From: Clostridia bacterium
GTDB taxonomy: Bacteria > Bacillota > Clostridia > UBA1212
Assembly (NCBI GenBank): GCA_017848335.1
Contig: JAGDAX010000052.1
Coordinates: 1-63,107 of the forward strand
DNA length: 63,107 nucleotides
Reading direction: 5' to 3'
In this document: positions 38,794 to 49,430 of the stretch, piece after piece
How the letters are laid out: each line of letters starts with the position of its first letter
How positions within the stretch are numbered: the first letter of the stretch is position 1
Position numbers and translations under genes: made by a program
The notes under the pieces: generated by a model
What the model was told of the DNA's origin: nothing
What the model saw: the letters and a program-made list of their open reading frames with translations, nothing else
Database searches by the model: none

Positions 38794-39798
38794 ATGAGTA
38801 AAAAGAACAGAAAAAACGTTGATCAGGCGGGTACGGCCCCCGAAACAAACGAGGTGACCCGGTCTGACGGCAAAAAGCAGAAGGACTATACCAAATCTTA
38901 TTTCAGATACACGCTGCATGAGATGTGGACGCACAGAATGTCATACGTTATGATCGCGCCCTTCTTCATCTGCTTCATAGTCTTCGCGCTGCTTCCGCTT
39001 ATCGCTTCCGCGGTGCTCAGCTTCTTCTACTTTGACTCGCTGAGCTGGCCGCAGTTCAGATTCTGGGACAATTACATCTATCTGTTCGTCGAGGACTCGC
39101 TGTTCCTCAAGGCCTTCAGCAATACGCTGTATTACGCGGTCATTGTTGGCCCTGTGTCCTATATCGCTTCATATTTCTTCGCCTGGTTCATCAACCAGGT
39201 CCCCAAGAGACTGAAGCCCATATACACGCTGGCCTTCTACGCGCCGTCTCTCTGCAGCGGTATCGCCATGTCCGTCGTTTGGCTGGTTGTGTTCGCCAAC
39301 GACAGCCAGGGATACATTAACTCGCTGCTGCTGAACGCCGGACTGATCACGGAGCCCATACAGTTCCTCCAGAGCGTTCAATGGATAATGCCCGTCATTA
39401 TCATAGTCGCTCTCTGGTCGTCGCTGGGCGCGGGATTCCTTTCCTTCGTCGCCGGCTTCACCAACGTGGACAAGGAGCTTTACGACGCGGCAATGGTCGA
39501 CGGTATCACCTCCAGGTTCCAGAGACTTATTTACATCGATATTCCGCAGACAATGCCTCAGCTGCTGTTCTCCGCCGTTCTTACCATTACGGGTTCGTTT
39601 ACGGTGGGTGCGCTCAGCCAGACACTTGTCGGACACCCCAGCCCAGAGGACGCGGGTCTTACGGTAATGCTCCACCTTTCGGATTACGCAGGACAGCGTT
39701 TTGAGGTGGGTTACGCATCCGCTATAGCTGTGGTGCTTTCGGTCATTGTTCTTGGAATAGGTCGTCTTGCCTTCAGGCTTCTCAGTGATAAGGGGTGA
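38794..39798 (+). CDS. Carbohydrate ABC transporter permease
   Basis: 6 TM; EAA-like loop ELYDAAMVDG. Confidence 0.9.
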   Translation: MSKKNRKNVDQAGTAPETNEVTRSDGKKQKDYTKSYFRYTLHEMWTHRMSYVMIAPFFICFIVFALLPLIASAVLSFFYFDSLSWPQFRFWDNYIYLFVEDSLFLKAFSNTLYYAVIVGPVSYIASYFFAWFINQVPKRLKPIYTLAFYAPSLCSGIAMSVVWLVVFANDSQGYINSLLLNAGLITEPIQFLQSVQWIMPVIIIVALWSSLGAGFLSFVAGFTNVDKELYDAAMVDGITSRFQRLIYIDIPQTMPQLLFSAVLTITGSFTVGALSQTLVGHPSPEDAGLTVMLHLSDYAGQRFEVGYASAIAVVLSVIVLGIGRLAFRLLSDKG

Positions 39799-39804
39799 TG
39801 ATTT

Positions 39805-40674
39805 ATGTTTCAAGTAGACGTTGATTATTTAAAGAAAGCTAAAAAACGCCGCGAATACGCCCCTACGGTCATTTCGATAGTGCTTGCACTGGCAGGCGTA
39901 GTATCCGCGCTTCCAATTGTTTACCTGGTCGTTACCGCTTTTAAGCCTGCCGAGGAGCTGTTCCTTTACCCGCCGAGGTTCTACGTTAAGAACCCGACGT
40001 TCAAAAACTTCAGCGACCTTGTCAGTATCACGGCCAATACGATGGTTCCTTTCACAAGGTACCTCTTCAACACGATAATAATTACCGCCGTTTACATGTT
40101 CGCGCTGATAGTGGTGGGCACCTTGGCCTGCTATCCGCTTTCAAAGCACAGGTTCCCCGGCGGCAACGCACTGTTCAAGCTGGTCACGAACGCGCTGCTC
40201 ATCATTTCGGGCGCGGCCGCGATCCCGAGCTATATCATTATCACGGGGCTGCACCTCGACAATACCTATCTGGTATACATCATACCGGGTCTTGCCAACT
40301 GTACGTGTATGTTCCTTTTGAAACAGTTCCTTGACCAGGTGCCTGACACTATCTTTGAGGCCGGCAAGATCGACGGAGCCTCCGAATGGCAGCTCTATAC
40401 CAAGATCGCCTTGCCGCTTCTGAGAAATGCTCAGGCTACGTGCGTAATTCTGACGTTCCCCGGCATCTGGGGCGACACGGCTACGTCCACCACTTACATT
40501 TACGACGAGCAGCTGAGAACCTTCGCGTTCTTTATGTCGACGCTGCAGGGCGGTCTTGCGAGGACCGGCGCCAACGCCGCGGCTTCACTTATCATGACGC
40601 TGCCCAGCATTATCGTGTTCGTCGTGTCGCAGTCAAGTGTTATGGACACCATGGCTCACTCGGGCATCAAATAA
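39805..40674 (+). CDS. Carbohydrate ABC transporter permease
   Basis: TAFKPAEELF.YPP, IFEAGKIDGASEW. Confidence 0.9.
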   Translation: MFQVDVDYLKKAKKRREYAPTVISIVLALAGVVSALPIVYLVVTAFKPAEELFLYPPRFYVKNPTFKNFSDLVSITANTMVPFTRYLFNTIIITAVYMFALIVVGTLACYPLSKHRFPGGNALFKLVTNALLIISGAAAIPSYIIITGLHLDNTYLVYIIPGLANCTCMFLLKQFLDQVPDTIFEAGKIDGASEWQLYTKIALPLLRNAQATCVILTFPGIWGDTATSTTYIYDEQLRTFAFFMSTLQGGLARTGANAAASLIMTLPSIIVFVVSQSSVMDTMAHSGIK

Positions 40675-40684
40675 GGAGGCTTAT

Positions 40685-42811
40685 ATGAGATCAAATTCGT
40701 TTCAAAAATTCGTAAGCCTCTCACTGGTGCTGCTGATACTGTTTTCGCTGCTGGCTGTGCTTCCGGCTTCGGCTTCGACGCCTTACTCCAATTATTTCAT
40801 TTCGCTGGCAGACGCATACAGTCTCACGCTTCCCACGCCCGAGGCGTACAGAATGGCGAAGGTGGTGGACTTCCCGGACACTGCTTCCGGAAAGCTCCTT
40901 AACCCTGAGGACATTTTCATCGGTCCCGACCAGCGCGTTTACATCGCGGACGCCGGCAACAACCGTATCGTAATACTCAAAAAGGATCTTACCTTCGATT
41001 TTGCGATCACAGGATTTGAGGAGGACGGCAGCAAGCTGAACAGCCCCACCTGCGTGTTTGTGGATGACGACGGCACCATTCTCGTGGCCGACTACGGCAA
41101 CAAGAGACTCGTTGAGTTTACGAAGTACGGCAATTTCAGATTCGCGTACCCGACGCCCTCCAGCGACATTCTCTCCAGCGATTTCAACTATCAGCCCCAG
41201 AGAGTCGTCAAAGACGAGAAGGGTTACATTTACGTATGCTCCGTGGGCGACTCCAACGGTATTCTCATGCTTTCCTCCGACGGCGAGTTCCGCAACTATT
41301 TCGGTACGAACAAGGTTGCGCTCACTTTTTGGGAGATGGTGGCCAGGTTCCTCTGGTCGAGAGAATCCCGTAAAGGTACCATCGTTACGCTGCCTTATAC
41401 GTTCAACAACATATTCATTTACGACGGCTACGTGTACGCCACCACCACCGGTTATTCAAGCGCACAGATGCGTAAGATCAACCCGGCCGGCTCCGACGTT
41501 CTTTACGCGGGCTACAGCTTCGCCGATCAGGGACTTCTGAGAGATCAGAACGACCTTCAGAACTTCATCGACGTCAGTGTAGACAAGGACCTCAATCAGT
41601 TCATTATCGACTCCACTTACGGCCGTGTTTACGAATACGACGAGTGGGGAAGAAACCTGTTTGTGTTCGGCGCTGTGGGTACGGGCTACGGCCAGTTCTC
41701 CAACCCCAAATCCCTTGAGGTGGACGACGAGGGCAACGTATACGTGCTCAACGGCGGCAACAACACCGTGTACGTGTTCGAGCAGACCGAGTTCGCCAAG
41801 CTGGTCCACAAGGCCAACAAAAACTACTCCAAGGGTATTTACGAGGAGGAGGACAATCCTGCCGACAAGACCGACAATGCCTTCGCGCAGTGGACAGAGG
41901 TCAAGAGGGAGGACAACTTCTATATACTGGCGCTCCAGTCCATAGGACAGATTCTCTGGAGGAAGGAGCATTACGGCGAAGCGCTCAAATATTTTGAGGA
42001 CGCGGAGGACGTCACCTGGTATTCCAAGGCATTCGAGGAGCTGCGCGCGGACTTCCTGGGCCAGTACTTCTCGATCATCGCCACCGTGGTCGTGGTTCTT
42101 CTGATAGGACTTCTGGTGTTCAGATCCGTTAAGAAACGCTACAGGATGAAGCATCCCAAGGACCCGAACAAGCGCACGGTGTTTACCTCCATAGGCGACT
42201 TCATAAAGCATATGGTGCACGTGGCGCTGCACCCTGTGGACGGCTTCGAGGACATCAGGTACGAGAATAAAGGCTCGTACAAGGATGCCTTCATAGTGAT
42301 GGCTGTTTACATCGTGACGCACCTTCTTTCGCTTGCCGTCACAGGCTTTATTTTCAGGGGAGGACAATCTCTCGAATTTATCGACTGGGGCTACGAATTT
42401 ATTTGGTGCCTGATTCCCTGGGTCGTTATCGCCATCGTAAACTACGGTGTCACGACAATACTCTACGGCGAAGGAAGGCTGAGAGACGTTATTATCGGCG
42501 GCGCTTACTGCCACGTGCCTCTCATCCTGATCGAGCTGCCGCTTGCCGTCGTTTCGCAGGTGCTGACGCTTCAGGAGAATTCGATCTACAATCTGATTTA
42601 TTACGTTTCCCTCGGCTGGGTCGTGATATTGGTATTTATGTGCATGAAGGGCGTCCACGGCTTCAACCCGCTCAAGGCAGTGCTTGTATTTATCCTCACT
42701 GCGGCAGGCGTGGCTGCGGTGGCGGTTCTGTTCATGATCGTGAGAGGCCTCGCAATTCAGCTTTATAACTTCATAGTACAGTTTGCAAAGGAGTTGAGTT
42801 ATCTTGTTTAA
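40685..42811 (+). CDS. NHL-repeat beta-propeller + TPR-like + C-terminal YIP1-like membrane domain protein
   Basis: AAGGAGG RBS then ATG 40685; signal peptide; NPEDIFI...YIADAGNNRIV repeats; helical YGEALKYF; HPVDGFEDIRYE followed by 5 TM. Confidence 0.75.
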   Translation: MRSNSFQKFVSLSLVLLILFSLLAVLPASASTPYSNYFISLADAYSLTLPTPEAYRMAKVVDFPDTASGKLLNPEDIFIGPDQRVYIADAGNNRIVILKKDLTFDFAITGFEEDGSKLNSPTCVFVDDDGTILVADYGNKRLVEFTKYGNFRFAYPTPSSDILSSDFNYQPQRVVKDEKGYIYVCSVGDSNGILMLSSDGEFRNYFGTNKVALTFWEMVARFLWSRESRKGTIVTLPYTFNNIFIYDGYVYATTTGYSSAQMRKINPAGSDVLYAGYSFADQGLLRDQNDLQNFIDVSVDKDLNQFIIDSTYGRVYEYDEWGRNLFVFGAVGTGYGQFSNPKSLEVDDEGNVYVLNGGNNTVYVFEQTEFAKLVHKANKNYSKGIYEEEDNPADKTDNAFAQWTEVKREDNFYILALQSIGQILWRKEHYGEALKYFEDAEDVTWYSKAFEELRADFLGQYFSIIATVVVVLLIGLLVFRSVKKRYRMKHPKDPNKRTVFTSIGDFIKHMVHVALHPVDGFEDIRYENKGSYKDAFIVMAVYIVTHLLSLAVTGFIFRGGQSLEFIDWGYEFIWCLIPWVVIAIVNYGVTTILYGEGRLRDVIIGGAYCHVPLILIELPLAVVSQVLTLQENSIYNLIYYVSLGWVVILVFMCMKGVHGFNPLKAVLVFILTAAGVAAVAVLFMIVRGLAIQLYNFIVQFAKELSYLV

Positions 42812-45698
42812 TGACGAAAATATAAAAAACAATATCGATAATGTTGATGACGCTTTGCAAAACGGCTTGAATGAAGCGGGCGATATCGCGGCTGAGACGG
42901 CGGAAAACGCTGCCGATACAGCGGAAAATGCCGCAGAAGCTGCGGAGAACGCAGCTGAGACGGTTGAGAATGCAGCCGATACTGCGGAAAATGCCGCAGA
43001 GGAGACTGCCGCCGGGATCGTCGACGGTATCAGTGACACGGCCTCCGACGAAATTTCCGCGCCCGAAGGCGCTTCGGATGAGGCTCCGGCGGACACCTCC
43101 AATGAGGAACACAAAACCTCGACCTTCCGTTCCTCGCTTGACGATGACGAGAGTCGCAAGGGCGTATACATCGACAAGGAAGAGGCCGAAAGATTCCTGG
43201 AGCAGCAGCGTAAGAAGAAGCTTCGCAAGCGCGTTATCACAACCATTGTTGCGGTGGTCGTGGTTCTGGTCGCGATCTTCGTCGTGTACAAGGTCGTATT
43301 CGGCGGCAACGTGGGCTGGATCAAATTCTCGCCCGAGTATATCGTGAAGAACGATCCCAAGCCCCTGGGAGCCCAGATCGCCTCAACCGACGGACTCACG
43401 GAGATTGCCCGAAAGGCCAACAAGCTTGGCGGCAATACGGTCCTCAAATTCTCGCCCGCAGATTCGCTTCTCATTCTCGAGGTGACAAACGGAGCAGGCG
43501 ATACCGAGGTCATCAGAAGCTGGCCCGCGCCGCTTCCGGACGAGATGGACCCGGCTACTGCAGGTCACGAATTCCCCAGGTACGCCGTCAACCACGACAT
43601 AGTTTCGTCCCTTGTAAGGCTCGGTTATACGGCCTCGAATCTTGACGGCGGTAAGGATTTCGGTATCAACCAGGTCACGAACGTCAAGATGACATACAAT
43701 ATGATCGAGGACGGCTTTAAGGCCACATACGTGGTGCCTGTTGAGGTCACCAAGACCGACTCTAACGCAGATACTTATAAGGTGTCTTTCGAATTCAGCT
43801 TCGCGGTTGAGTTTTATCTTGACGAAAACGGCGACCTTATCGTGAACGTGCCCAAAAAGGACGTCAAGGAGGCCAAGGACGAGGCCCATTACGATTCCGA
43901 TTCTGACGAGATGCCGAGAGTTGCGTCCATTTCCTGCCTGCCGTTTATCAGCGCCACCAGACAGGGCGACAGCGGCTATTTCGTGACTCCCGACGGCTCC
44001 GGCTCCCTCACTTATTTCGACGTGCCCAGGATCTCGCAGTTCGACGAGTACCAAAAGAGAATATACGGTTATGACGATATATTTGACGTGTTCAATTATC
44101 CCAACATGACCAACGAGTATATCTCGATGCCGGTGTTCGGCGTTGTGAACGGCTCAAAGATGCTCACCTGCTACGCCACGGAGAGCGAGGCCAACGCGTC
44201 GATTCTTATCGGGCAGCCGGGCATGAAGAACCTCAAGTTCTACTACATCAGCTACGTGTTCAAGTGGAGAGAGTTCTACCAGTCCAGGGTCAGCAAGAGC
44301 GGCTCGTCATACACCTTCCTGGAGGTGCCCTCGGGCATAGGCGACTTCACCATGCGCTATTCCTTCGAGATAGACAGCTCAAAGGAATACACCTACGTGG
44401 ACGTGGCGCAGAATGCCAGGGATTTCCTTCTTGATAAGTGGCAGCAGGACGGCGCAAGCCGCGAATACATGTCTCCCGAGAATATCAATTCCAAGGAGAA
44501 CAAGCGCAAGGATCCTGACCTTCTGAACCTTAAGATATTCTTCGCAGACGTCAACCGCGCCTCAGTGGGTCTTTTCACCACCTACAAGGTCATGACCACC
44601 TTTAAGCAGGCGGAGGGCATCATCGACGACACCGCTGCGGACAAGCCGCGCATCAGATATTCTCTGCTGGGATGGCAGCAGGGCGGCTACTTCGGCAATA
44701 TCATGCGCAGGTACAATATCAACAGCAGCGTAGGCGGCAAGAGCGGCCTCAAGAATCTTACGGAGCACGCCAGGACCGGCAACAACGACGTCTCGGCGGA
44801 CGTGAACATGCTCATCCTTTACGGAAGACCGAAGGGGGCGAGCCTCCGTCAGGCCACCGTCAAGAACCCGGGCACATTCTACGTCAATTACAAGCTCGTG
44901 AGCAACTCCGGCGTATTCCGGCGCAACGACAATTATTACTACATGAGTCCGCTTTATTACGATGACCACATGCTGTCCAAGGATATCAAGAATATCTCCA
45001 AGCTTGGATTTACGAGCGTCGACCTGCAGCAGCTGGGCGATCTGCTCTTCACGGATTACAACAAGGAAAACGCGCTCTTAAGGCAGCAGGCCCTCGAATA
45101 TTACAGAAAGTGGCTTGTTGAGTTTAAGAAGGAATTCGACAACGTATCCGTGTATTACGGCTTCGAGTACGCGGCCTCGGTAGCTGACAATATTCTCGAC
45201 ATTCCCACGGAGACGTCCAAGCTGTTCATCATCGACGAATCGATTCCGTTTATTCAGATAGTTTACCACGGTCTGATCGATTACTATTCTGACCCGGTCA
45301 ACAGAAGCTCTGACTACACCAAGACGATTCTGAGATCTATAGAATACGGCGCGTTCCTCACGTACGAGGTCACCGACGGACCGACAGAAGAGCTCAAGTA
45401 TACTAACTACAATTCGCTCTTTAAGGCCCAGTATGACGACGTGAAGAATGATATCAACAAGGGTTACGTCATTGCCGACAAGGCGCTTTCTCCCGTGGCG
45501 GACGCTGTCATCGTCGGCCACAGCTGCGTTGACAACGCGCGAAGCGGCAGCGTGTACCTTACGGAATATGACAACGGCGTCAGGATACTGGTCAACTACG
45601 GCTCCGAGGCATACGAGGCCGCGGAGGGAACGGTTCCCGCTCTTGGCATACTGGTTGTAAACGGCTCCTCCGCTGAGCCGGTGAATGTTGGAAAATGA
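42804..45698 (+). CDS. DUF5696-like membrane-anchored protein (GH-like barrel)
   Basis: Acidic repeat N-terminus, TM, VTPDGSGSLTYF, MPVFGV, MTTFKQAEGI, GWQQGG, IPFIQIVYHGLIDY, TEYDNGVRILVNY. Confidence 0.65.
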   Translation: MFNDENIKNNIDNVDDALQNGLNEAGDIAAETAENAADTAENAAEAAENAAETVENAADTAENAAEETAAGIVDGISDTASDEISAPEGASDEAPADTSNEEHKTSTFRSSLDDDESRKGVYIDKEEAERFLEQQRKKKLRKRVITTIVAVVVVLVAIFVVYKVVFGGNVGWIKFSPEYIVKNDPKPLGAQIASTDGLTEIARKANKLGGNTVLKFSPADSLLILEVTNGAGDTEVIRSWPAPLPDEMDPATAGHEFPRYAVNHDIVSSLVRLGYTASNLDGGKDFGINQVTNVKMTYNMIEDGFKATYVVPVEVTKTDSNADTYKVSFEFSFAVEFYLDENGDLIVNVPKKDVKEAKDEAHYDSDSDEMPRVASISCLPFISATRQGDSGYFVTPDGSGSLTYFDVPRISQFDEYQKRIYGYDDIFDVFNYPNMTNEYISMPVFGVVNGSKMLTCYATESEANASILIGQPGMKNLKFYYISYVFKWREFYQSRVSKSGSSYTFLEVPSGIGDFTMRYSFEIDSSKEYTYVDVAQNARDFLLDKWQQDGASREYMSPENINSKENKRKDPDLLNLKIFFADVNRASVGLFTTYKVMTTFKQAEGIIDDTAADKPRIRYSLLGWQQGGYFGNIMRRYNINSSVGGKSGLKNLTEHARTGNNDVSADVNMLILYGRPKGASLRQATVKNPGTFYVNYKLVSNSGVFRRNDNYYYMSPLYYDDHMLSKDIKNISKLGFTSVDLQQLGDLLFTDYNKENALLRQQALEYYRKWLVEFKKEFDNVSVYYGFEYAASVADNILDIPTETSKLFIIDESIPFIQIVYHGLIDYYSDPVNRSSDYTKTILRSIEYGAFLTYEVTDGPTEELKYTNYNSLFKAQYDDVKNDINKGYVIADKALSPVADAVIVGHSCVDNARSGSVYLTEYDNGVRILVNYGSEAYEAAEGTVPALGILVVNGSSAEPVNVGK

Positions 45699-45714
45699 AA
45701 GGAGGCCGATTCTT

Positions 45715-46596
45715 TTGAAAAAACAGGTCAAGTATAAGAAGAAGCTGGCGCATTCGCAGAAATATACGCTTCTTTCCTTCGAGAAGAAACGCTCGCTTGA
45801 AGGATTCGTGTTCGCGATTCCGTGGCTGCTTGGTTTTATCGCTTTTGTCGTCATTCCGCTGGCTCTGTCCGTAAGAATCAGTTTCTTCCAGACCGTGCTT
45901 ACCGACCTTTACGGATTCCGCGGCACCAGCACCTACGTTGGCTTCAATAACTACGTCAAGGTCATACAGGACCCGGCGGTAGGTGAGACGGTGTTCAGAT
46001 CCTTCGGAATGTCGCTCATAAAGGTGCCTGTCATCGTGGCATTCTCCCTTTTCGTGGCGGTGCTTCTGAAGCAGGATTTCCCCGGAAGGACAGCCTTCAG
46101 AGTCATATTCTTCATCCCGGTAATTCTTGCCGGTACCATTATGACATACCTTTTCCAGGACGGCGTCGGCAACATGAGCGTATTCAGCACGCTTACAACG
46201 GGCGTTCAGCAGCTAAATTCGTTTTTCGGCACCATAATGAGCAACATAGGCGCGATAATGTGGGCGTCAAGTGTTGAAATATTGATATTCCTGGCAGCGC
46301 TGCAGAGTGTTCCGGCTACGCTTTACGAGGTGGTCGAGCTTGACGGCGCGTCAGCCTGGGAAACCTTCTGGCACGTAACGCTTCCGTACATTTCGCCCTT
46401 CGTTATACTCAACTTCGTATACGCGATGGTCGACTCCTTCGTGGCGTCGGACAACCCTGTTATGTCTATCATGGACAGCATGACCAGGGAGGGAACGAAA
46501 TACGGTCAGGCCTCGGCTCTCAGCTGGCTTTACATGCTGGCGACACTTGCCGTTATACTTATCTTCATTCTCTTTACGAGGAGGTGGCTGAAGTAA
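45715..46596 (+). CDS. Carbohydrate ABC transporter permease
   Basis: GGAGG RBS then TTG 45715; GFVFAIPWLLGF, LYEVVELDGASAWETFWHVTLP. Confidence 0.88.
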   Translation: MKKQVKYKKKLAHSQKYTLLSFEKKRSLEGFVFAIPWLLGFIAFVVIPLALSVRISFFQTVLTDLYGFRGTSTYVGFNNYVKVIQDPAVGETVFRSFGMSLIKVPVIVAFSLFVAVLLKQDFPGRTAFRVIFFIPVILAGTIMTYLFQDGVGNMSVFSTLTTGVQQLNSFFGTIMSNIGAIMWASSVEILIFLAALQSVPATLYEVVELDGASAWETFWHVTLPYISPFVILNFVYAMVDSFVASDNPVMSIMDSMTREGTKYGQASALSWLYMLATLAVILIFILFTRRWLK

Positions 46597-47648
46597 TGGC
46601 TGATACTAAATCCGTCGTGGCCGGAGATTCTACTGTTGTTTTTGAAGACGTTTCCGGCGAATATGAAACGACTTCTGCCGCTGCCGCCGAGACCGCAAAG
46701 AAATCCGGCGGTATCAAGGGCTTCATTAAGCGCTATGAGAACCTGGGATACAGGGCAAAGAAGAAGATCACTTTTATCATCTCCAGAATCTTTGTCTACT
46801 TCGTTCTCATTGAGATGGCATATCTGTTCGTGCTTCCGTTTATATACATTTTCAGCACGTCGCTTATGACTTCTCAGGACTATATGGATCCCACCGTGCA
46901 GTACATACCCACCACGATCAACTGGGACAATTTCAAGAAGGCCTTCGAGGCTCTGGATTACGTGAAGTCCTTCATCAACTCCATGGGAACCTCGCTGCTT
47001 TCGGCAATATTCCAGACGACTTCCTGTGCTCTTATCGGGTACGCGATAGGCAGATACAAATTTAAGGGCAGGAATCTCATATTCCTCTTCGTTATACTGG
47101 TTCTGCTTATCCCGCCGCAGGTCATGATTCTGGCTTCCTACGGTATCTGGGCAACGCTCAGCCTGGTCAACACCTGGGCTCCCGTGGTGATCCCGACCAT
47201 TTTCGGTCTCGGACTGAGAGGCGCTCTGTTTGTGCTCATCTATATGTACTTCTTCCAGAGAATTCCGGACGTTATGGACGACGCCGCCCGTATCGACGGC
47301 GCAGGGCCTTTGAGAGTGTTCGGACAGATCATGCTTCCGCTGGTCAAATCAGCTGTCGCCATCGTTTTCATATTCTCGTTCGTGTGGCACTGGAACGACA
47401 ATTACGAGGCGCCGATGTACATGTACCTTGACGGACACCAGACGCTGCAGCCGAGGCTCCAGAACATCCAGATGTACTACAGCAAATACGCAACCAGCCA
47501 GGCCGTAATGTCGGAGCTCGAAAAGTCACTCTCCGAGCCGATGCTTTTCGCCGGATGCCTTATGGTCATGCTTCCCGTTCTGATAGTTTACGTGTTTGGA
47601 CAGAAGCAGCTTGCAGCCGGTATCGAGCGTATAGGTGTTATTGAGTAA
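46596..47648 (+). CDS. Carbohydrate ABC transporter permease
   Basis: ATG overlaps previous TAA; GYAIGRYKFKGR, DDAARIDGAG, FSFVWHWND. Confidence 0.88.
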   Translation: MADTKSVVAGDSTVVFEDVSGEYETTSAAAAETAKKSGGIKGFIKRYENLGYRAKKKITFIISRIFVYFVLIEMAYLFVLPFIYIFSTSLMTSQDYMDPTVQYIPTTINWDNFKKAFEALDYVKSFINSMGTSLLSAIFQTTSCALIGYAIGRYKFKGRNLIFLFVILVLLIPPQVMILASYGIWATLSLVNTWAPVVIPTIFGLGLRGALFVLIYMYFFQRIPDVMDDAARIDGAGPLRVFGQIMLPLVKSAVAIVFIFSFVWHWNDNYEAPMYMYLDGHQTLQPRLQNIQMYYSKYATSQAVMSELEKSLSEPMLFAGCLMVMLPVLIVYVFGQKQLAAGIERIGVIE

Positions 47649-47665
47649 AAGGAGAATAAGCTGCC

Positions 47666-49117
47666 ATGAAACAATTGACCAGAAGGATAATTGCGATTTC
47701 CGTCTGCATGATCTTGGCGTTGTGCCTTTTTGCGGGATGTACGTCCTCCAAAAAGGATGACGCGAATAAAGTACAGCCGACTCCGAGACCGACGCCCGAG
47801 AACCTCGTCACCGAGATCAAGCTTTCCGGCTATCTGTATTCCGACCGGGCCACCAACCTCGACAAGTTCAAGGCGGTCTATGCCCAGGACTACCCGGGTG
47901 TTGAAGTCGAGATTGACCTCGACAAGGTCTCCACGGAGCAATATTTCGAGGTTCTCGACGACCTGATGGAGGGCGATGATCTCGAAGCCGCCGGCGACGT
48001 CATATTGCTGGACGCTCCCAGAATGGCCAAATATGCCAAGGAAGGGAAGCTCATCGACCTGTCCGCGTACGTCGGCGAGGTGCTGAATTTTGATACCTAC
48101 CGGAAGATAAATCCCGCCGCGGACCTTCTGCCGGCCGCCTATGACGCCTGCATTTACGAGGACGACCTTTATATGGTGGCGGTCGAGTACAACCACAAGT
48201 TCGTGCTGCTCAATTATTCGCTGATAGAGGCCGCGGGATTCAGCTTCCCCAAGGATGACTGGACATGGGACGACCTGGTTGAGATCGCCGAGGCCGTAAA
48301 AGCAAACGGTGTGGACAGGCCCGTCGCCATGAATTACCTCGACTATTCCGTGTGGGGCGCCTTCGCCAGAAGCAACGGCAAGGAGATATACGACTTCATA
48401 GGCAAGACCGAGACCAGGGACATCAATCTTACGCATCCTGACGTGGTGTCCGGCATCGAGGCGCTGGCTGACATTGTCGATCCCGCCAGAGGACTGGTGG
48501 AATGCATCGATTCCAAGGACATTGAGCCCGAGAATATCTCAAAGTACGCTTTTATTGTCGCGGATCATGAGGACATCGCCAACTGGCACGAGACTCTTAT
48601 CGCCGCCGAAAGTGAGGAGACTCCCGAGGCCTCGAGATGGGTCTGGGACTACATCCACTTCCCGAGGTGGAACGATCCCGATTATGCCAAAAACGGCATC
48701 TATCATCAGGCGATCGCCGCCAACGTTTACGGCTTCGCGGTGGTAAATCACGGAAAATCCGAGCAGTACACGGACGATTTTTACAAGGCCTGCGCGTATC
48801 TGGCGCTTTACGCCACAGTCAAGGACGCCGCCAAGGCATATGCTGACGAAGGACAGTCGGTGCCCGCCAATAAAGAAGCCAACGCCGAGAAATTCTGGCG
48901 CGAATATCCTATGGCCGGTAAGAACTCTTCAGTGTTCTCCAACTTCGCCGAGAGCGCGGATTTCGCCGGCTCCCTCAGCTGCTTTATGCCCGTAATGTCC
49001 GCCGGCGAGCTTGACATATCGTATGCTATCGACGGATATCTTTCCGGCGAGAGAACGATGCTTGAGAGCCTGCAGGAGCTGCAGGACAAGGCACAGGCCG
49101 GATGGCTTGAAAGGTAA
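47666..49117 (+). CDS. Extracellular solute-binding lipoprotein (family 1)
   Basis: Lipobox LFAGC; YPGVEVE, GKLIDLS, PKDDWTWDDL. Confidence 0.8.
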   Translation: MKQLTRRIIAISVCMILALCLFAGCTSSKKDDANKVQPTPRPTPENLVTEIKLSGYLYSDRATNLDKFKAVYAQDYPGVEVEIDLDKVSTEQYFEVLDDLMEGDDLEAAGDVILLDAPRMAKYAKEGKLIDLSAYVGEVLNFDTYRKINPAADLLPAAYDACIYEDDLYMVAVEYNHKFVLLNYSLIEAAGFSFPKDDWTWDDLVEIAEAVKANGVDRPVAMNYLDYSVWGAFARSNGKEIYDFIGKTETRDINLTHPDVVSGIEALADIVDPARGLVECIDSKDIEPENISKYAFIVADHEDIANWHETLIAAESEETPEASRWVWDYIHFPRWNDPDYAKNGIYHQAIAANVYGFAVVNHGKSEQYTDDFYKACAYLALYATVKDAAKAYADEGQSVPANKEANAEKFWREYPMAGKNSSVFSNFAESADFAGSLSCFMPVMSAGELDISYAIDGYLSGERTMLESLQELQDKAQAGWLER

Positions 49118-49430
49118 TATATTGCCGCGGAGCTGAATTCCGGGTTCGACGGTGCTTTGGACTGAGAGTTTGACGGTGCGTTGAACTGAAAGGTTGAAAG
49201 TGAGTTTTACGGTAGGTTTAACCGGCATCTGAGCTCCGCCCCGGCTTATTGCCTTTATCAATATCTGCGAAGGCTGAAATATGCTTTCGCAGATAATCTG
49301 TATTTTTATACAGTCCGGTTAACCAAAATATTTTGATCGAACCGAATGCTCCGGCTGATCCGGATTATTTGATTTATTTGAATGATTTGACCGGTCTTTT
49401 ATATTATGGTCAACCATAATTCTCTGACGT

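Noticed and set aside
41456-43513. Long antisense ORFs (also 13053-14141, 33309-34721, 35796-36935, 54721-55914, 56667-58118)
   Set aside because: They are shadows of well-supported opposite-strand genes in high-GC3 DNA and carry no motifs of their own
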